This document shows, one piece after another, positions 10,323-19,555 of a stretch of 64,000 bases of DNA (position 1 is its first letter; each line of letters opens with the position of its first letter). The stretch lies in IMG/VR virus record IMGVR_UViG_3300032093_000005. One strand, 5' to 3'. A model generated the notes under the pieces. That model searched no databases. It worked only from the letters and a program-made list of their open reading frames with translations, and had not been told where the DNA came from. The position numbers were made by a program, and so were the translations under genes. The DNA is from a virus (lineage: Duplodnaviria; Caudoviricetes).

Positions 10323-12470
10323 TTATTCTCCTCCTAATGCTAGAATAAATGGTGTCATTGTTGAGAACAAACTTTTTGAGTAAAATGTTCCAGAGATTGT
10401 TCCTGTCGTCTGATTAATCACAACACCATCACCAATTCTAAAATTACCAGATTGATCAGTGCTTGTGAAAACAACTAGACCACCATTTCTCATATCAATT
10501 TCATTGTCTTGAATCGAAACACCGCCTTGAGCAGGAAGAGCAGCATTGATATTTGTACCTGAACCAATATATTCAAAAGAATGTCCAGATGCTAATACTC
10601 GACTTTGCTTAAAGAATAAAACCGTAGTTCCAACACCAACTGCAAAAGGAACATTATCATTGACTGTAATTGTACAAATTCCAGAAGAAATTGGAGTCGA
10701 ATTCAGAATTGAATAATATGTTGGAAGTGTTTGTAAAGTAGCTGTTGCTGTATTTATTCCCACGTCAGGAGACGAAATTGTAATTGTTGGTGGTGATGTG
10801 TATCCTCTACCACTTGATACAATTTGAATATCTATTACAGAACCATTTGAAATCTCTGCAGCAGCAGTTGCTTGAATTCCCCATTCAGTCGATGGTGGAG
10901 AAATTGTCACAATAGGATTAGAATTATATCCAGTTCCTCCAGAACTGACTTGGATTTTGCCAACAGTGTAATATAGATTACCAAAGTAAACAACTTGCCC
11001 ATCAAAAGGTCGGACAACATTTATTTTTGCAAAACCACCTGCAACATAATTATGAGGAAGAGTTGAAACTCCAGTGTAAACTGAAAATGTTGTTGGACTT
11101 GATACAGACTGAACTTCAAACACATGTCCATAATTTCCGCTAGGGAACGTATATCCAACAAATTTTGCGGTTCCACCAGACACATAGGTATGAGGTAATG
11201 TTGATGGACCAACGTTTACGGTGAATTGATTAGATGCTGGAATCGAATCAAGTCTGAATACATACCCTTCCCTACCACTTGGATATGTCACAATACCAGG
11301 TCCAGAAGGACAAGTGAATCCAAGTCCAGCAAGACTAATTCCCATACCAACACTAAATTGATGGTTGGCAACAGAGGTTGTAACTGTAACAATTCCAGTC
11401 ACATTATCATAGACTGCATTAGTAACTACCCTTACAGGTATATCTGGTGGATCTCCAGTTGATGGGCAAAGGAATGCAAGATTCTTAATTGTAACTCCCA
11501 TTCCAACTTCAAACCCATGAGGAGTTGCAGTTGTGATTGTTGTAAGTCCAGTAGTATTGAAGTAGGTTGCTGTAGCGATTGCCACTGGTGAAGTTGATAC
11601 ATTAATAGTAAATGTATCACTATTAACTGCTGCAGATGTTGTTATAATTCCTGCATATTTTTTAGCACCAACTCCATCAGAAACTAAACCATAATTACCA
11701 AATGATGCGTTGGAGTTTGTTAGATCACATGCAGCACCAGATCCACAGAATACGGCAGTGTCTGGGCAGATTGTGAAGAGTGAAACTAACTGAGCATATC
11801 CTTCGTTCGTGATTGAGACTCCGATACCACCCTGATTGTACTGAGTATAGGAGTCAAGAACCATTGATTTGGTCGGACCAATTGAATGATTCCCATCAAT
11901 CTTCATTCCGATGCTGTTTGGAATGAAGTTGGTGCAGTTCTGAATGTATGGTGACTGATTGTTATAGACTGGTTTGGTTGGATTGAAGGCAAAAATGGCA
12001 CCTGTGTTTGCCGATCCCACAAATGACATTTCGGCAATGTAGTTTCCAGTGCCGACATAGAAAAGATCTCCCTGATTTTGTGGAGTAATGGAGACTTCTC
12101 TTAGACTATCACCTACAATACTGACTTGATTTGGAATTTCAATTGGATTATTTTCTACATAAGATCCAGCACTAACTCTAATAACGGAACCTGCTGTTGA
12201 TATTGCGACTGCTCCTGCAATGGTTCCTTTTGCGTCTCCGAGTTTGAGTCCTGTGTTTGTATCGTTTCCGTCTTTTGTGACATAAATGACATTGGTTACT
12301 GTTGCTCCTGCACCGATTCTAATAATGTCTGTGCCGATTCCCAGACGCTCTCTCTTCGCAGTTAGTTCGCCGTCGTAAGTATTATATGCTAATTCAGCAC
12401 TTAAAAGTTGGTCTACTGTGGGTCTTTTACCGGGTACGGCAGACCTTTTAATCCGAATCGGAGTTGCCAT
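10323..12470 (-). CDS. Virion structural/tail protein with Mtd_N-like N-terminus and beta-helix-like domain (715 aa)
   Basis: IRIKRS..GKRPT..ELAYNTYDGEL N-terminus; NVIYVTKDGNDTNTG..GSYVE pectin-lyase-like start; ATAAATA upstream. Confidence 0.7.
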   Translation of the reverse strand: MATPIRIKRSAVPGKRPTVDQLLSAELAYNTYDGELTAKRERLGIGTDIIRIGAGATVTNVIYVTKDGNDTNTGLKLGDAKGTIAGAVAISTAGSVIRVSAGSYVENNPIEIPNQVSIVGDSLREVSITPQNQGDLFYVGTGNYIAEMSFVGSANTGAIFAFNPTKPVYNNQSPYIQNCTNFIPNSIGMKIDGNHSIGPTKSMVLDSYTQYNQGGIGVSITNEGYAQLVSLFTICPDTAVFCGSGAACDLTNSNASFGNYGLVSDGVGAKKYAGIITTSAAVNSDTFTINVSTSPVAIATATYFNTTGLTTITTATPHGFEVGMGVTIKNLAFLCPSTGDPPDIPVRVVTNAVYDNVTGIVTVTTSVANHQFSVGMGISLAGLGFTCPSGPGIVTYPSGREGYVFRLDSIPASNQFTVNVGPSTLPHTYVSGGTAKFVGYTFPSGNYGHVFEVQSVSSPTTFSVYTGVSTLPHNYVAGGFAKINVVRPFDGQVVYFGNLYYTVGKIQVSSGGTGYNSNPIVTISPPSTEWGIQATAAAEISNGSVIDIQIVSSGRGYTSPPTITISSPDVGINTATATLQTLPTYYSILNSTPISSGICTITVNDNVPFAVGVGTTVLFFKQSRVLASGHSFEYIGSGTNINAALPAQGGVSIQDNEIDMRNGGLVVFTSTDQSGNFRIGDGVVINQTTGTISGTFYSKSLFSTMTPFILALGGE

Positions 12471-12526
12471 TTATTATGTTCGGTATTTACCAGGAAAGCA
12501 GTATATACTGCCTTTCATATATTTAT

Positions 12527-12898
12527 TCAAGAAGCATTATTACGTCTTGGACGATAAGCAAATAGATTCATTGGAGGATCTGGTTTCATCCATTCTTCTA
12601 TTTTATCAAATCTTTCTTCACTATAAAAGTCCTGCTGAACATACCATAGTTTCCAGTGCTCGTGTCCTTTTGACTGGTTACAATTGTGGCAACAGCAGAC
12701 TACATTCTTTGTAAAGTCCATTCCACCTTTGGACTGTGGGACAATATGATCTATTGTAAGGTTTTCTTCTGACCCACAATAGGCACACTTGTTGTCCCAA
12801 CTTTCTTTTATGTTTTGCCTCCACATTCGTTTCGCCTCCCCAGAACTTGTTGCGTGTAAATGAAACAAGTATTCTTTTGGAGAATGTAGAGGTCCCAT
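12527..12898 (-). CDS. HNH endonuclease
   Basis: CAYCG..LTIDHIVPQSKGG..NVVCCCHNCNQSKG. Confidence 0.9.
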   Translation of the reverse strand: MGPLHSPKEYLFHLHATSSGEAKRMWRQNIKESWDNKCAYCGSEENLTIDHIVPQSKGGMDFTKNVVCCCHNCNQSKGHEHWKLWYVQQDFYSEERFDKIEEWMKPDPPMNLFAYRPRRNNAS

Positions 12899-12901
12899 AA
12901 G

Positions 12902-13099
12902 TTACTGCGACTTATCAGTATTTATCTTCTTACAGGCACTTCGCGCCCAAGCACGACTCAAACTATCTACGTGAGAACAAGGTTTATTTTTCTGACCACA
13001 GTGAGGACACACGGCATCTTGTGGATCTTTAATATATCCTTCTGGTGTGTACACTTTGTTTTTCAGATTTTTTATTTGTTTGTGTTTTCTGTGATTCAT
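12902..13099 (-). CDS. Hypothetical protein with CxxC
   Basis: ORF track, operon packing. Confidence 0.55.
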   Translation of the reverse strand: MNHRKHKQIKNLKNKVYTPEGYIKDPQDAVCPHCGQKNKPCSHVDSLSRAWARSACKKINTDKSQ

Positions 13100-13410
13100 A
13101 CCTTCACAGGTTGTCCTTGACCTTCTGGAAGTTTGATCTGAGGTAGTTCATTAATCCTATCCACCATCCAATTATCTTGATGTTCTTGATATTCTCTAGT
13201 ATCAATTACAATCTCATTTGTCGGCAATGCCTTTGGAATCTCAACATCAATTACTGGACTCATCAGAGTTTTGTTTTTTACAATCTCACGATTTGGTCCA
13301 TCCAGATGCATCACCATTCTTGCATCTTCAAAATTTCCACAATCACAAATCTTTCTATGAGTTCTTCTTTCTCTTACTGTGTAGTAATCTTCACTGTTGT
13401 ACTTGTTCAT
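13096..13410 (-). CDS. Hypothetical protein (104 aa)
   Basis: ORF track, ATGA overlap with the next gene. Confidence 0.65.
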   Translation of the reverse strand: MNKYNSEDYYTVRERRTHRKICDCGNFEDARMVMHLDGPNREIVKNKTLMSPVIDVEIPKALPTNEIVIDTREYQEHQDNWMVDRINELPQIKLPEGQGQPVKV

Positions 13411-13519
13411 TATTAGATTCCTTTTTTTTATTATAAGATACTTTGGTAGGTCTGTAAAGTTGTGGCCAAGTATCTCTGATAATTTCTGCGAGTTTATAAG
13501 GTGTAGTTGAGGATATCAT
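13391..13519 (-). CDS. Small hypothetical protein MISSTTPYKLAEIIRDTWPQLY (42 aa)
   Basis: Hand translation; fills the gap in the operon. Confidence 0.55.
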   Translation of the reverse strand: MISSTTPYKLAEIIRDTWPQLYRPTKVSYNKKKESNNEQVQQ

Positions 13520-13581
13520 AATAGAGACATTATAAACATAAAGATTCCAAAAAGTTGGAAGAGAAGGAGGATGAGGAGCAT

Positions 13582-13605
13582 AAAAAAAGGAGTTCTGGGA
13601 ACTCC
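13582..13605 (-). terminator. Intrinsic terminator after psbD
   Basis: GGAGTT-cccag-AACTCC followed by T7. Confidence 0.8.
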
Positions 13606-13646
13606 TCTTATTTATTTTTAGGTTAAGATAAAGTCTTATATCTTAA

Positions 13647-14708
13647 TCAAAGGGCATTACCTCGTGGTAATACTTCTTCTGGGAATACAAAGTTTTCGTG
13701 TGGTTGATCAACTGGTGCCATCCAAGCACGAAGACCTTCATTTAGAAGAATATTCTTAGTGTAGAAGGTTTCAAATTCAGGATCTTCTGCTGCTCTAATC
13801 TCCTGACTTACAAAATCGTAGGCGCGAAGGTTAAGAGCGAGACCAATAATCCCAATAGAACTAGTCCAGAGACCCATAACGGGAACAAAGAGCATAAAGA
13901 AATGAAGCCAACGCTTATTGGAAAAAGCAATCCCAAAAATCTGCGACCAGAAACGGTTTGCAGTAACCATTGAATACGTTTCTTCTTCCTGTGTAGGTTC
14001 AAAAGCTTTGAAGGTGTTTGCTTGGTCTCCATCTTCAAAGAGGGTGTTTTCAACCGTTGCACCATGAATAGCACATAATAGAGCGCCTCCTAGTATACCA
14101 GCAACTCCCATCATGTGGAAGGGGTTGAGGGTCCAGTTGTGGAAACCCTGAAGGAACAAAAGGAACCTGAAGATTGCTGCCACACCAAAGGAGGGAGCAA
14201 AGAACCAACTGGATTGTCCCAGAGGGTACATCAGGAAGACGCTGACGAAGACTGCGATAGGACCAGAGAATGCAATTGCGTTATAAGGTCTGATGCCTAC
14301 CAGGCGGGCGATCTCAAACTGCCGAAGCATAAATCCAATCAGAGCGAAAGATCCGTGGAGCGCCACAAAAGTCCAGAGTCCCCCAAGTTGGCACCACCTG
14401 ACGAAATCCCCTTGAGACTCAGGACCCCAAAGTAGAAGAAGAGAATGACCCATAGAATCTGCAGGCGTTGACACAGCAGCCGTAAGGAAATTAGCGCCTT
14501 CAAGATAACTAGACGCCAACCCATGGGTGTACCAGCTTGTAACAAACGTTGTGCCAGTAAGCCAGCCACCAAGGGCAAGATAAGCAGTGGGAAAAAGTAA
14601 TAGTCCAGACCAACCCACAAATACAAAGCGATCTCGTTTAACCCAGTCATCAAGGACATCGAACCACCCCCTTTGTGAAATTGGTTGTGAAAGAGTTGAA
14701 GAAGTCAT
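13647..14708 (-). CDS. psbD: Photosystem II D2 protein
   Basis: [16 protein letters not shown]...EVLPRGNAL; start set at the ATG after GGAGG. Confidence 0.99.
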   Translation of the reverse strand: MTSSTLSQPISQRGWFDVLDDWVKRDRFVFVGWSGLLLFPTAYLALGGWLTGTTFVTSWYTHGLASSYLEGANFLTAAVSTPADSMGHSLLLLWGPESQGDFVRWCQLGGLWTFVALHGSFALIGFMLRQFEIARLVGIRPYNAIAFSGPIAVFVSVFLMYPLGQSSWFFAPSFGVAAIFRFLLFLQGFHNWTLNPFHMMGVAGILGGALLCAIHGATVENTLFEDGDQANTFKAFEPTQEEETYSMVTANRFWSQIFGIAFSNKRWLHFFMLFVPVMGLWTSSIGIIGLALNLRAYDFVSQEIRAAEDPEFETFYTKNILLNEGLRAWMAPVDQPHENFVFPEEVLPRGNAL

Positions 14709-14772
14709 AACCTCCATTATCGTTTCTCATATTTATGTTAACATACCTTAACATAGAGGTCAATGAGTGTTT

Positions 14773-15027
14773 TTACTTATGTACTATTTCGTAAATATTT
14801 TTTGTATTTGGATTTTCAGATTCACCAATTACTTCTAATGATTCAAAAGCATTATCATAAGTTCCCTTGCGATTAGTATCTAGATATTTTACTTTTAGTT
14901 TACATGGAGAATGTGGAAAGTCACAAGACTTATCATACACAAATCCCAAAATTTCAAATGCTCTTCCATGCCTTTTTTGAATTGGATTATCAATTCTACA
15001 AATGTCACCTACTTTAAAATTAATCAT
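14773..15027 (-). CDS. Hypothetical protein (84 aa)
   Basis: ORF track. Confidence 0.55.
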   Translation of the reverse strand: MINFKVGDICRIDNPIQKRHGRAFEILGFVYDKSCDFPHSPCKLKVKYLDTNRKGTYDNAFESLEVIGESENPNTKNIYEIVHK

Positions 15028-15033
15028 AAATTT

Positions 15034-15129
15034 TTAACCCCAATAGATTACTGAAAGAGTGAAGACGACAAACACAATAACTGTAAATCCCATCATACCT
15101 ACTCCTGCCCAGATTACCCAATCTTCCAT
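15034..15129 (-). CDS. Small single-TM protein MEDWVIWAGVGMMGFTVIVFVVFTLSVIYWG (31 aa)
   Basis: Hand translation; fills the gap between flanking ORFs. Confidence 0.5.
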   Translation of the reverse strand: MEDWVIWAGVGMMGFTVIVFVVFTLSVIYWG

Positions 15130-15145
15130 AGGGTGGTGTTGATTA

Positions 15146-15526
15146 TTATGAGACATTTTCTTGGTGCTTCTGGAGGTATTTAACTGCATTAGTTAGTGTG
15201 CTGATATTATCTCCAACCAATCCAAGTGCGGTGTTGCAGTTGTTGCAGAGAACACCACGAACCTTATTTGTAGAATGGCAGTGGTCTATACATTTCTTGG
15301 TTAGTTCTACATTACATATCTCACAGTTTTCATTTTTCATTAGGTCATTATATTGGTCTTCTGTAAGTTTAAATCTACGCCTGGCATATTCGTGGGTCTT
15401 ATAATATTGCCTACGAACTTCCCGCTCACAATCCTTACACTTTGACTGAACCCCAGAAGGTCTACTACTTCTTTTAGAGAAACCATCAAGTTCTTTTGTT
15501 TCTCCGCATCTACTACAAGTTTTCAT
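15146..15526 (-). CDS. Endonuclease VII-motif homing endonuclease (F-CphI-like)
   Basis: CEIC..IDHCH..VRGVLCNNCNTALG motif; directly downstream of psbA; TATAAATA at 15553-15560. Confidence 0.85.
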   Translation of the reverse strand: MKTCSRCGETKELDGFSKRSSRPSGVQSKCKDCEREVRRQYYKTHEYARRRFKLTEDQYNDLMKNENCEICNVELTKKCIDHCHSTNKVRGVLCNNCNTALGLVGDNISTLTNAVKYLQKHQENVS

Positions 15527-15571
15527 TATGGTATGGAAGTTTGGTATGGAACTATTTATACATAATACCAT

Positions 15572-15598
15572 AAAAAAAGAGACCTGTAAAGGTCTCTT
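15572..15598 (-). terminator. Intrinsic terminator after psbA
   Basis: GAGACC-tttaca-GGTCTC followed by a T run. Confidence 0.85.
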
Positions 15599-15623
15599 CA
15601 TTCTTATTCAGTTTGTAAGAAAC

Positions 15624-16706
15624 TCAACCGATAGTAGGAGCAGTAAGAGCAACAGGAGTTGCTTCAGCAGCAGCCAAATCCAAAGGAAAATTATGTGCGT
15701 TTCTTTCGTGCATCACTTCGAGTCCGAGTCCAGCACGGTTAAGTACATCTGCCCAAGTGTTAATAACTTTACCTTGTCCATCAACGATAGATTGATTAAA
15801 GTTGAAGCCATTCAAATTGAAAGCCATCGTGGAAACGCCAAGAGCGGTGAACCAGATGCCTACCACAGGCCAGCTAGCAAGGAAGAAGTGAAGCGAACGG
15901 GAGTTATTAAAGGAAGCATATTGAAAAATAAGGCGTCCGAAATAACCGTGAGCAGCAACGATGTTATAAGTCTCTTCTTCTTGACCGAACTTGTAACCAT
16001 AGTTCTGTGACTCATTCTCGGTGGTTTCACGAACCAGTGAGGAAGTAACCAGAGAACCGTGCATAGCACTGAACAGAGAACCACCGAAGACACCAGCAAC
16101 TCCAAGCATGTGGAAGGGGTGCATCAGGATATTGTGCTCTGCCTGGAACACAAGCATGTAGTTGAAAGTACCAGAGATACCCAGAGGCATCGCATCAGAG
16201 AAAGAACCTTGACCAAAAGGATACACAAGGAACACTGCAGAAGCAGCAGCAACAGGTGCAGAGTAAGCAACGCAGATCCAAGGACGCATACCCAGACGGT
16301 AGGAAAGTTCCCACTCACGACCCATATAAGCATAGATGCCGATGAGGAAATGGAAGACTACCAATTGGAAAGGTCCACCGTTGTAAAGCCACTCATCAAG
16401 CGAAGCAGCTTCCCAGATGGGGTAGAAGTGCAGTCCAATTGCGTTGGACGAAGGAATCACAGCACCAGAGATGATGTTGTTTCCGTACATGAGTGAACCA
16501 GCAACTGGTTCACGAATACCATCGATATCAACTGGGGGAGCACCGATGAATGCGATGATGAAGCAGATTGTTGCAGCAAGCAGGCAGGGAATCATCAGGA
16601 CTCCAAACCACCCGACATAAATGCGGTTATCGGTTGAAGTTACCCAGTTGCAGAACTGTTCCCAAATATTCGATTGTGATTGTTGACGTGAAATTGTAGC
16701 AGTCAT
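15624..16706 (-). CDS. psbA: Photosystem II D1 protein, intronless, Glu130 form
   Basis: Full 360-aa D1; [13 protein letters not shown] plus 16-aa extension; GREWEL. Confidence 0.99.
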   Translation of the reverse strand: MTATISRQQSQSNIWEQFCNWVTSTDNRIYVGWFGVLMIPCLLAATICFIIAFIGAPPVDIDGIREPVAGSLMYGNNIISGAVIPSSNAIGLHFYPIWEAASLDEWLYNGGPFQLVVFHFLIGIYAYMGREWELSYRLGMRPWICVAYSAPVAAASAVFLVYPFGQGSFSDAMPLGISGTFNYMLVFQAEHNILMHPFHMLGVAGVFGGSLFSAMHGSLVTSSLVRETTENESQNYGYKFGQEEETYNIVAAHGYFGRLIFQYASFNNSRSLHFFLASWPVVGIWFTALGVSTMAFNLNGFNFNQSIVDGQGKVINTWADVLNRAGLGLEVMHERNAHNFPLDLAAAEATPVALTAPTIG

Positions 16707-16790
16707 TTTTAAGAGAGTTAGATAAGAGTTCGGGGGGACGAACTGATTCTAGTATACCCCCACAGCACCCTCCACTGTGGGTATGAGAGA
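16707..16790 (-). ncRNA. PhotoRC-II-like psbA leader RNA
   Basis: Two hairpins (ATACC/CCACAG..CTGTGG/GGTAT and AGTTCG..CGAACT) immediately before the ATG; recalled similarity to the Rfam PhotoRC-II motif. Confidence 0.65.
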
Positions 16791-16874
16791 CGTGATTTAT
16801 ACTCCCCATAGGTCTCGGTTGATGGGAGTTGACAATGTTACAAGAAGTTTGCATTCCGTAACATTTGTTTACCT

Positions 16875-16907
16875 ATTTATCATACTACGGACTGCTGCTG
16901 GTGTCAA
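16875..16907 (-). promoter_or_regulatory. psbA promoter: TTGACA-N17-TATGAT with overlapping late ATAAATA
   Basis: Exact spacing read from the sequence. Confidence 0.8.
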
Positions 16908-17068
16908 GCCCTGTATTCGTCGATTTTGTCTAAGACCTTGTTGAGGTAATGGTGTGCTAACCATTTTGGGTCATATTCAGTTTTATTCATCCACTCTTTA
17001 TCCAAATCTCTTTTTATCTTAAGGACTTCACATTTTATTGTATCCTTATCCAAATGTCCTCTTGGCAT
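16904..17068 (-). CDS. Small hypothetical protein MPRGHLDKDTIKCEVLKIK (54 aa)
   Basis: Hand translation; TAAATA upstream. Confidence 0.6.
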   Translation of the reverse strand: MPRGHLDKDTIKCEVLKIKRDLDKEWMNKTEYDPKWLAHHYLNKVLDKIDEYRA

Positions 17069-17127
17069 AATACTAAAAAACTCTGCCCTATATTTAGAGC
17101 AGAGTTTGATTACTATTTTTTATTACT

Positions 17128-17655
17128 TCAAACTTGTGCTGTTTCCCTCACAGTTGTCTTCACATAATCGAAAACAACTTCTGGAGTAGTCGCTTCGTAA
17201 GGGTCGGTGTCTGCATTGTCCCGTTGCCCCACTTCAACGAATAGTTTTTCGATGATTCCGTTATCCACGACCGCAGCATAACGCCAAGAGCGATAACCGA
17301 AACCAAGGTTAGACTTGCTGACAAGCATACCCATAGAACGTGTGAAATATGCATTGCCGTCTGGGATGAGTTTTACTTTCTCAATGTTCTGGTCTTGTGC
17401 CCAGGCATTCATCACAAACCCATCATTAACAGAGATGCAGTAAATAGCGTCGATGCCGAGACCCAGAAAGTCGTCGTATTTCTCTTCGAATCCAGGTAAC
17501 TGATAGGCACTGCAAGTAGGAGTGAAAGCGCCAGGCAGACTAAAAATGACCACACGCTTTCCATTGAACAGTTCAGACGAAGTGCGAGTTACAAATTCAC
17601 CAGACTCACGAAACTGGAATTGGACTTCAGGAATTTGATATTGTTCTTTACGCAT
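17128..17655 (-). CDS. Peroxiredoxin (Prx5/type II)
   Basis: FSLPGAFTPTCS active-site motif; GGAGG RBS. Confidence 0.93.
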   Translation of the reverse strand: MRKEQYQIPEVQFQFRESGEFVTRTSSELFNGKRVVIFSLPGAFTPTCSAYQLPGFEEKYDDFLGLGIDAIYCISVNDGFVMNAWAQDQNIEKVKLIPDGNAYFTRSMGMLVSKSNLGFGYRSWRYAAVVDNGIIEKLFVEVGQRDNADTDPYEATTPEVVFDYVKTTVRETAQV

Positions 17656-17666
17656 TTTAACCTCCA

Positions 17667-17786
17667 TCAGAACAGTCCAGGTACAATTTGTCCAGTAAGG
17701 GCATAAGAGATAACCGCTGCAACGAAACCAAGCATTGCAAGACGGGAATTGAGGATTTCTGCCTCAGGGGTAAAACCAAATTTCAT
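17667..17786 (-). CDS. hli: High-light-inducible protein (39 aa)
   Basis: Hand translation [39 protein letters not shown]; ExxNxRxAM motif. Confidence 0.92.
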   Translation of the reverse strand: MKFGFTPEAEILNSRLAMLGFVAAVISYALTGQIVPGLF

Positions 17787-18058
17787 TTTTGTTCTCCTTG
17801 ATAAGGGTGTTGTTGTTTAAGTTCGGGATTGGGTTGGGAGAAGACCATAGGACTTCTGGTTTTATTTTTAATAACAATAAAAGCGTCGTTCTGATAAGAT
17901 ACGGTTCCAAATGGTTTTGCCCATTTTGGATTTGCATTTGGACTAGTAGCAGTTCCAGTGACTGCTACACCTCCAATTTCAACAGAGAGTTCATCATCAG
18001 AATCCCATCCAAGTTCTTGAAGGGCAAGAGCGAACTGCCCAAGCATACCAGCAGTCAC
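17783..18058 (-). CDS. Hypothetical protein (91 aa)
   Basis: ORF track; overlaps both neighbours by 4 nt. Confidence 0.7.
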   Translation of the reverse strand: MTAGMLGQFALALQELGWDSDDELSVEIGGVAVTGTATSPNANPKWAKPFGTVSYQNDAFIVIKNKTRSPMVFSQPNPELKQQHPYQGEQK

Positions 18059-18348
18059 AGGTTTTCTTCCTGTTCGGTGAGGATTACACAGTCACTAGTC
18101 GGATATGCCACGCAGGTGAGCACCCAGCCTTCTGCTTGTTGATCATCATCAAGGAACGATTGTTCTTCGTTGTCAACTGTGCCGCTAATGATCTTGCCAG
18201 CACAAGCGGAGCAGGCACCTGCTTTACACGAAGAAGGAAGGTCAACACCTGCTTCTTCAGCAGCTTCAAGAATGTATTGATCATCAGGGCACTGAATAGT
18301 GGTTTCAGTACCATCAGGGGATTGAAGAGTAACAGAATAAGTAGCCAT
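18055..18348 (-). CDS. petF: Plant-type [2Fe-2S] ferredoxin
   Basis: [24 protein letters not shown]. Confidence 0.97.
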   Translation of the reverse strand: MATYSVTLQSPDGTETTIQCPDDQYILEAAEEAGVDLPSSCKAGACSACAGKIISGTVDNEEQSFLDDDQQAEGWVLTCVAYPTSDCVILTEQEENL

Positions 18349-18434
18349 CAGTAAGTCTCGCAAAGTTTTTCTACGGATGCTGCCAACAAAACAAAGAAGG
18401 CAACAGAGGTCATTGTAAACAAAATTGAAGTCAT
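18348..18434 (-). CDS. Small single-TM protein [28 protein letters not shown] (28 aa)
   Basis: Hand translation; TGATG coupling to petF. Confidence 0.55.
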   Translation of the reverse strand: MTSILFTMTSVAFFVLLAASVEKLCETY

Positions 18435-18447
18435 TGTCAATCAGTTG

Positions 18448-18657
18448 TCAGAAGATTCCGAAGAAGAGTTTGCCAGTGAGAGCATAAGAAAGAGCCCCAG
18501 CAACAATACCGACCATTGCCCAGCGTCCATTCATTTTCTCCGCTTTCTCAGCATAAGGTTCGATGCCATAACGCTCAAGGTCTTCTTTAGTCATATACAT
18601 TGCAGGTTCTTTAGCAAACATATTCATTTGCCCGAACTCGTTTTTGGTTACAGTCAT
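18448..18657 (-). CDS. hli: High-light-inducible protein (69 aa)
   Basis: AEKMNGRWAMVG motif. Confidence 0.93.
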   Translation of the reverse strand: MTVTKNEFGQMNMFAKEPAMYMTKEDLERYGIEPYAEKAEKMNGRWAMVGIVAGALSYALTGKLFFGIF

Positions 18658-18685
18658 TGTTACATTCGTTAAGAATTGTTACACA

Positions 18686-18714
18686 ATTATATAGCAAAAA
18701 TAAAGGGGTGTCAA
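18686..18714 (-). promoter_or_regulatory. sigma70-type promoter TTGACA-N17-TATAAT for hli-petF-hli-prx
   Basis: Perfect consensus; the -35 lies in a terminator-like hairpin. Confidence 0.85.
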
Positions 18715-18754
18715 GCACCCCTTTGTTCGGATATCATAACATGAGTATAAATTA

Positions 18755-19555
18755 CTACTGATGAGAAACCTCAGGAGGAAGTCTACCAAGAAAAGGATCA
18801 TAATCAAATATATCATCCCAATTTTCAATTAGACTTGCTTGTTTTGACCAAAACTCACGCAAACCATCTCTACTTGGAACATGAAATGTATCAATATGAT
18901 TTTGATCCCATATCATAGAACTGGTATTCTCTGAAGAATAAAGGAACAATGGTATTGCAAATGAATTTCCAGATTCATAAATTAAGTGCTCTGAATTACA
19001 TCTTGGTTTTGCTTTATAATCTAGTTTATATTTTCCATCTCTACAACATAAATCTATTAATTTTTTTGCATGATGTCTAGTAATCAAGTAACATGCTGTT
19101 GAAAAATCATTTGCAAATCTTTTATGCATTTTAACATGAAGAGATCCAGGGTTAATCACCGCTAACTGAATCAAATCATAATCAAACGGTAGTTTAGAAT
19201 AAAATTCTTTCCAAGTAAATGGCCAACATTTAACAACTGATAAATCACAATCATCTTCCATAATGATTGCACAATTTGTATCAGAATTATTATACCAATA
19301 TTCAATTGCTTTCAAATGTGATGTACAACATCCAACATCTGTAGGACCCATATTATCTGGATACCTACCTTTCAATATGTCACCAAGATCATCATCACCA
19401 GTTCCATCATATCCAGATATTCTTGTGTAATCAGTAATTTCCCAATATTTAAATTGATCTTCCATATACTGTTTACGATCTTCACTCCTATCCAAATTAG
19501 TATAATAAATTGGAGGAAGACCTTTTAGTTTATATACAGATTTATTTTTGTCCAT
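18755..19555 (-). CDS. Glycosyltransferase family 25
   Basis: YYTNLDRSEDRK..ISGYDG..GCCTSHLKA..IIMEDD. Confidence 0.85.
   Translation of the reverse strand: MDKNKSVYKLKGLPPIYYTNLDRSEDRKQYMEDQFKYWEITDYTRISGYDGTGDDDLGDILKGRYPDNMGPTDVGCCTSHLKAIEYWYNNSDTNCAIIMEDDCDLSVVKCWPFTWKEFYSKLPFDYDLIQLAVINPGSLHVKMHKRFANDFSTACYLITRHHAKKLIDLCCRDGKYKLDYKAKPRCNSEHLIYESGNSFAIPLFLYSSENTSSMIWDQNHIDTFHVPSRDGLREFWSKQASLIENWDDIFDYDPFLGRLPPEVSHQ

Noticed and set aside
15034-15129. petN call for the 31-aa ORF
   Set aside because: Only VVFT..WG resembles PetN; Trp spacing differs and the RNG tail is absent
15528-16496. Plus-strand ORFs antisense to psbA
   Set aside because: Shadow frames of a conserved gene. An antisense RNA like S-PM2 CfrI is possible but cannot be seen from sequence.
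15624-16706. Group I intron in psbA (also checked psbD and nrdB)
   Set aside because: All three reading frames are continuous and full length
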